This document shows, piece after piece, positions 63,508 to 64,000 of a DNA stretch of 64,000 nt. The stretch lies in assembly GCA_973851085.1 (NCBI GenBank), contig OZ316776.1:8060001-8124000 (forward strand), in the 5' to 3' direction. Made by a program: the position numbers and the translations under genes. The notes beneath the pieces are model-generated. The model searched no databases and was not told the origin of the DNA. It worked only from the letters and a program-made list of their open reading frames with translations. This DNA is from Ptychomitrium polyphyllum (Eukaryota). How positions within the stretch are numbered: position 1 is the first letter of the stretch; each line of letters begins with the position of its first letter.

Positions 63508-64000
63508 TCACCCAGCAGGAGAGTTTTCCAAACCCAATTGCAAATCTAGACCACTGTTAGACGCCCCACCCCCAGGCACCCCAACTCCACTAAATGGCCG
63601 CTGTGTTAACTGCTGTAAGGCCTTAGGAGGAGCCTGAGCTTGGGGTCGTAATACATTCTCCGTTCTCATACCCTCCGGACCATTCGCCAACGGAAATTTT
63701 GCCGAAGACATACCTGCTTGGGAATGCGACCATGGCTGGGGCTGTGAATGCATCCCCTGCGGTGGTACTGCAAACATGTTGGGGTACTCTGGGTACCGCA
63801 TGTAATCACCGTACATGGATGCAAAAGTTGGTCTAGACCCGAGAAAGCTCATTCCAAATGGACCATAGTAGAAGAAATAAGGTGATGGTGGACACTGCAT
63901 ACCCTGGGGCATACACTGAGGCACAGGGTGAGGGAACGCATGGTTTGGTACGCCACCATTCATCAAGGACATGCCATGTGCCATTGGAGCCATACCCTCA
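63508..64000 (-). CDS. 3' end of a gene truncated by the window edge; P/G/M/Q-rich low-complexity C-terminus ending in an EAR motif, likely a transcriptional repressor
   Basis: The frame is open from the window edge to TGA 63510-63508 (164 codons with stop) and ends ...GGASNSGLDLQLGLENSPAG*. GC content is coding-like and is followed by 3' UTR-like sequence. Confidence 0.8.
   Translation of the reverse strand, partial: EGMAPMAHGMSLMNGGVPNHAFPHPVPQCMPQGMQCPPSPYFFYYGPFGMSFLGSRPTFASMYGDYMRYPEYPNMFAVPPQGMHSQPQPWSHSQAGMSSAKFPLANGPEGMRTENVLRPQAQAPPKALQQLTQRPFSGVGVPGGGASNSGLDLQLGLENSPAG

Overview
This is eukaryotic, intron-rich plant nuclear DNA. Protein sequences, exon sizes and the alternation of genes with very AT-rich, CpG-poor tracts suggest a moss, probably Physcomitrium patens or a relative (inference). 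Four complete spliced genes were reconstructed by hand with GT-AG junctions: RNA polymerase subunit RPB11 (-), a MAK/ICK-type CMGC kinase with a TDY loop and a long uORF-rich leader (-), the HECT E3 ligase UPL6/UBE3C (-, 26 exons) and the CDC48/p97 adaptor PUX7/UBXN7 (+). The 3' end of a fifth gene, ending in an EAR motif, enters at the right edge (-). The intergenic space holds a frameshifted intronless pseudogene with a VNWA motif, several mini- and microsatellites, and GC-richer islands of unclear origin. It also holds an unexplained 176-nt multi-branch foldback at 60745-60920. No tRNA, rRNA, CRISPR array or intact transposon was recognised. Most entries in the ORF track are exon fragments or antisense shadows.
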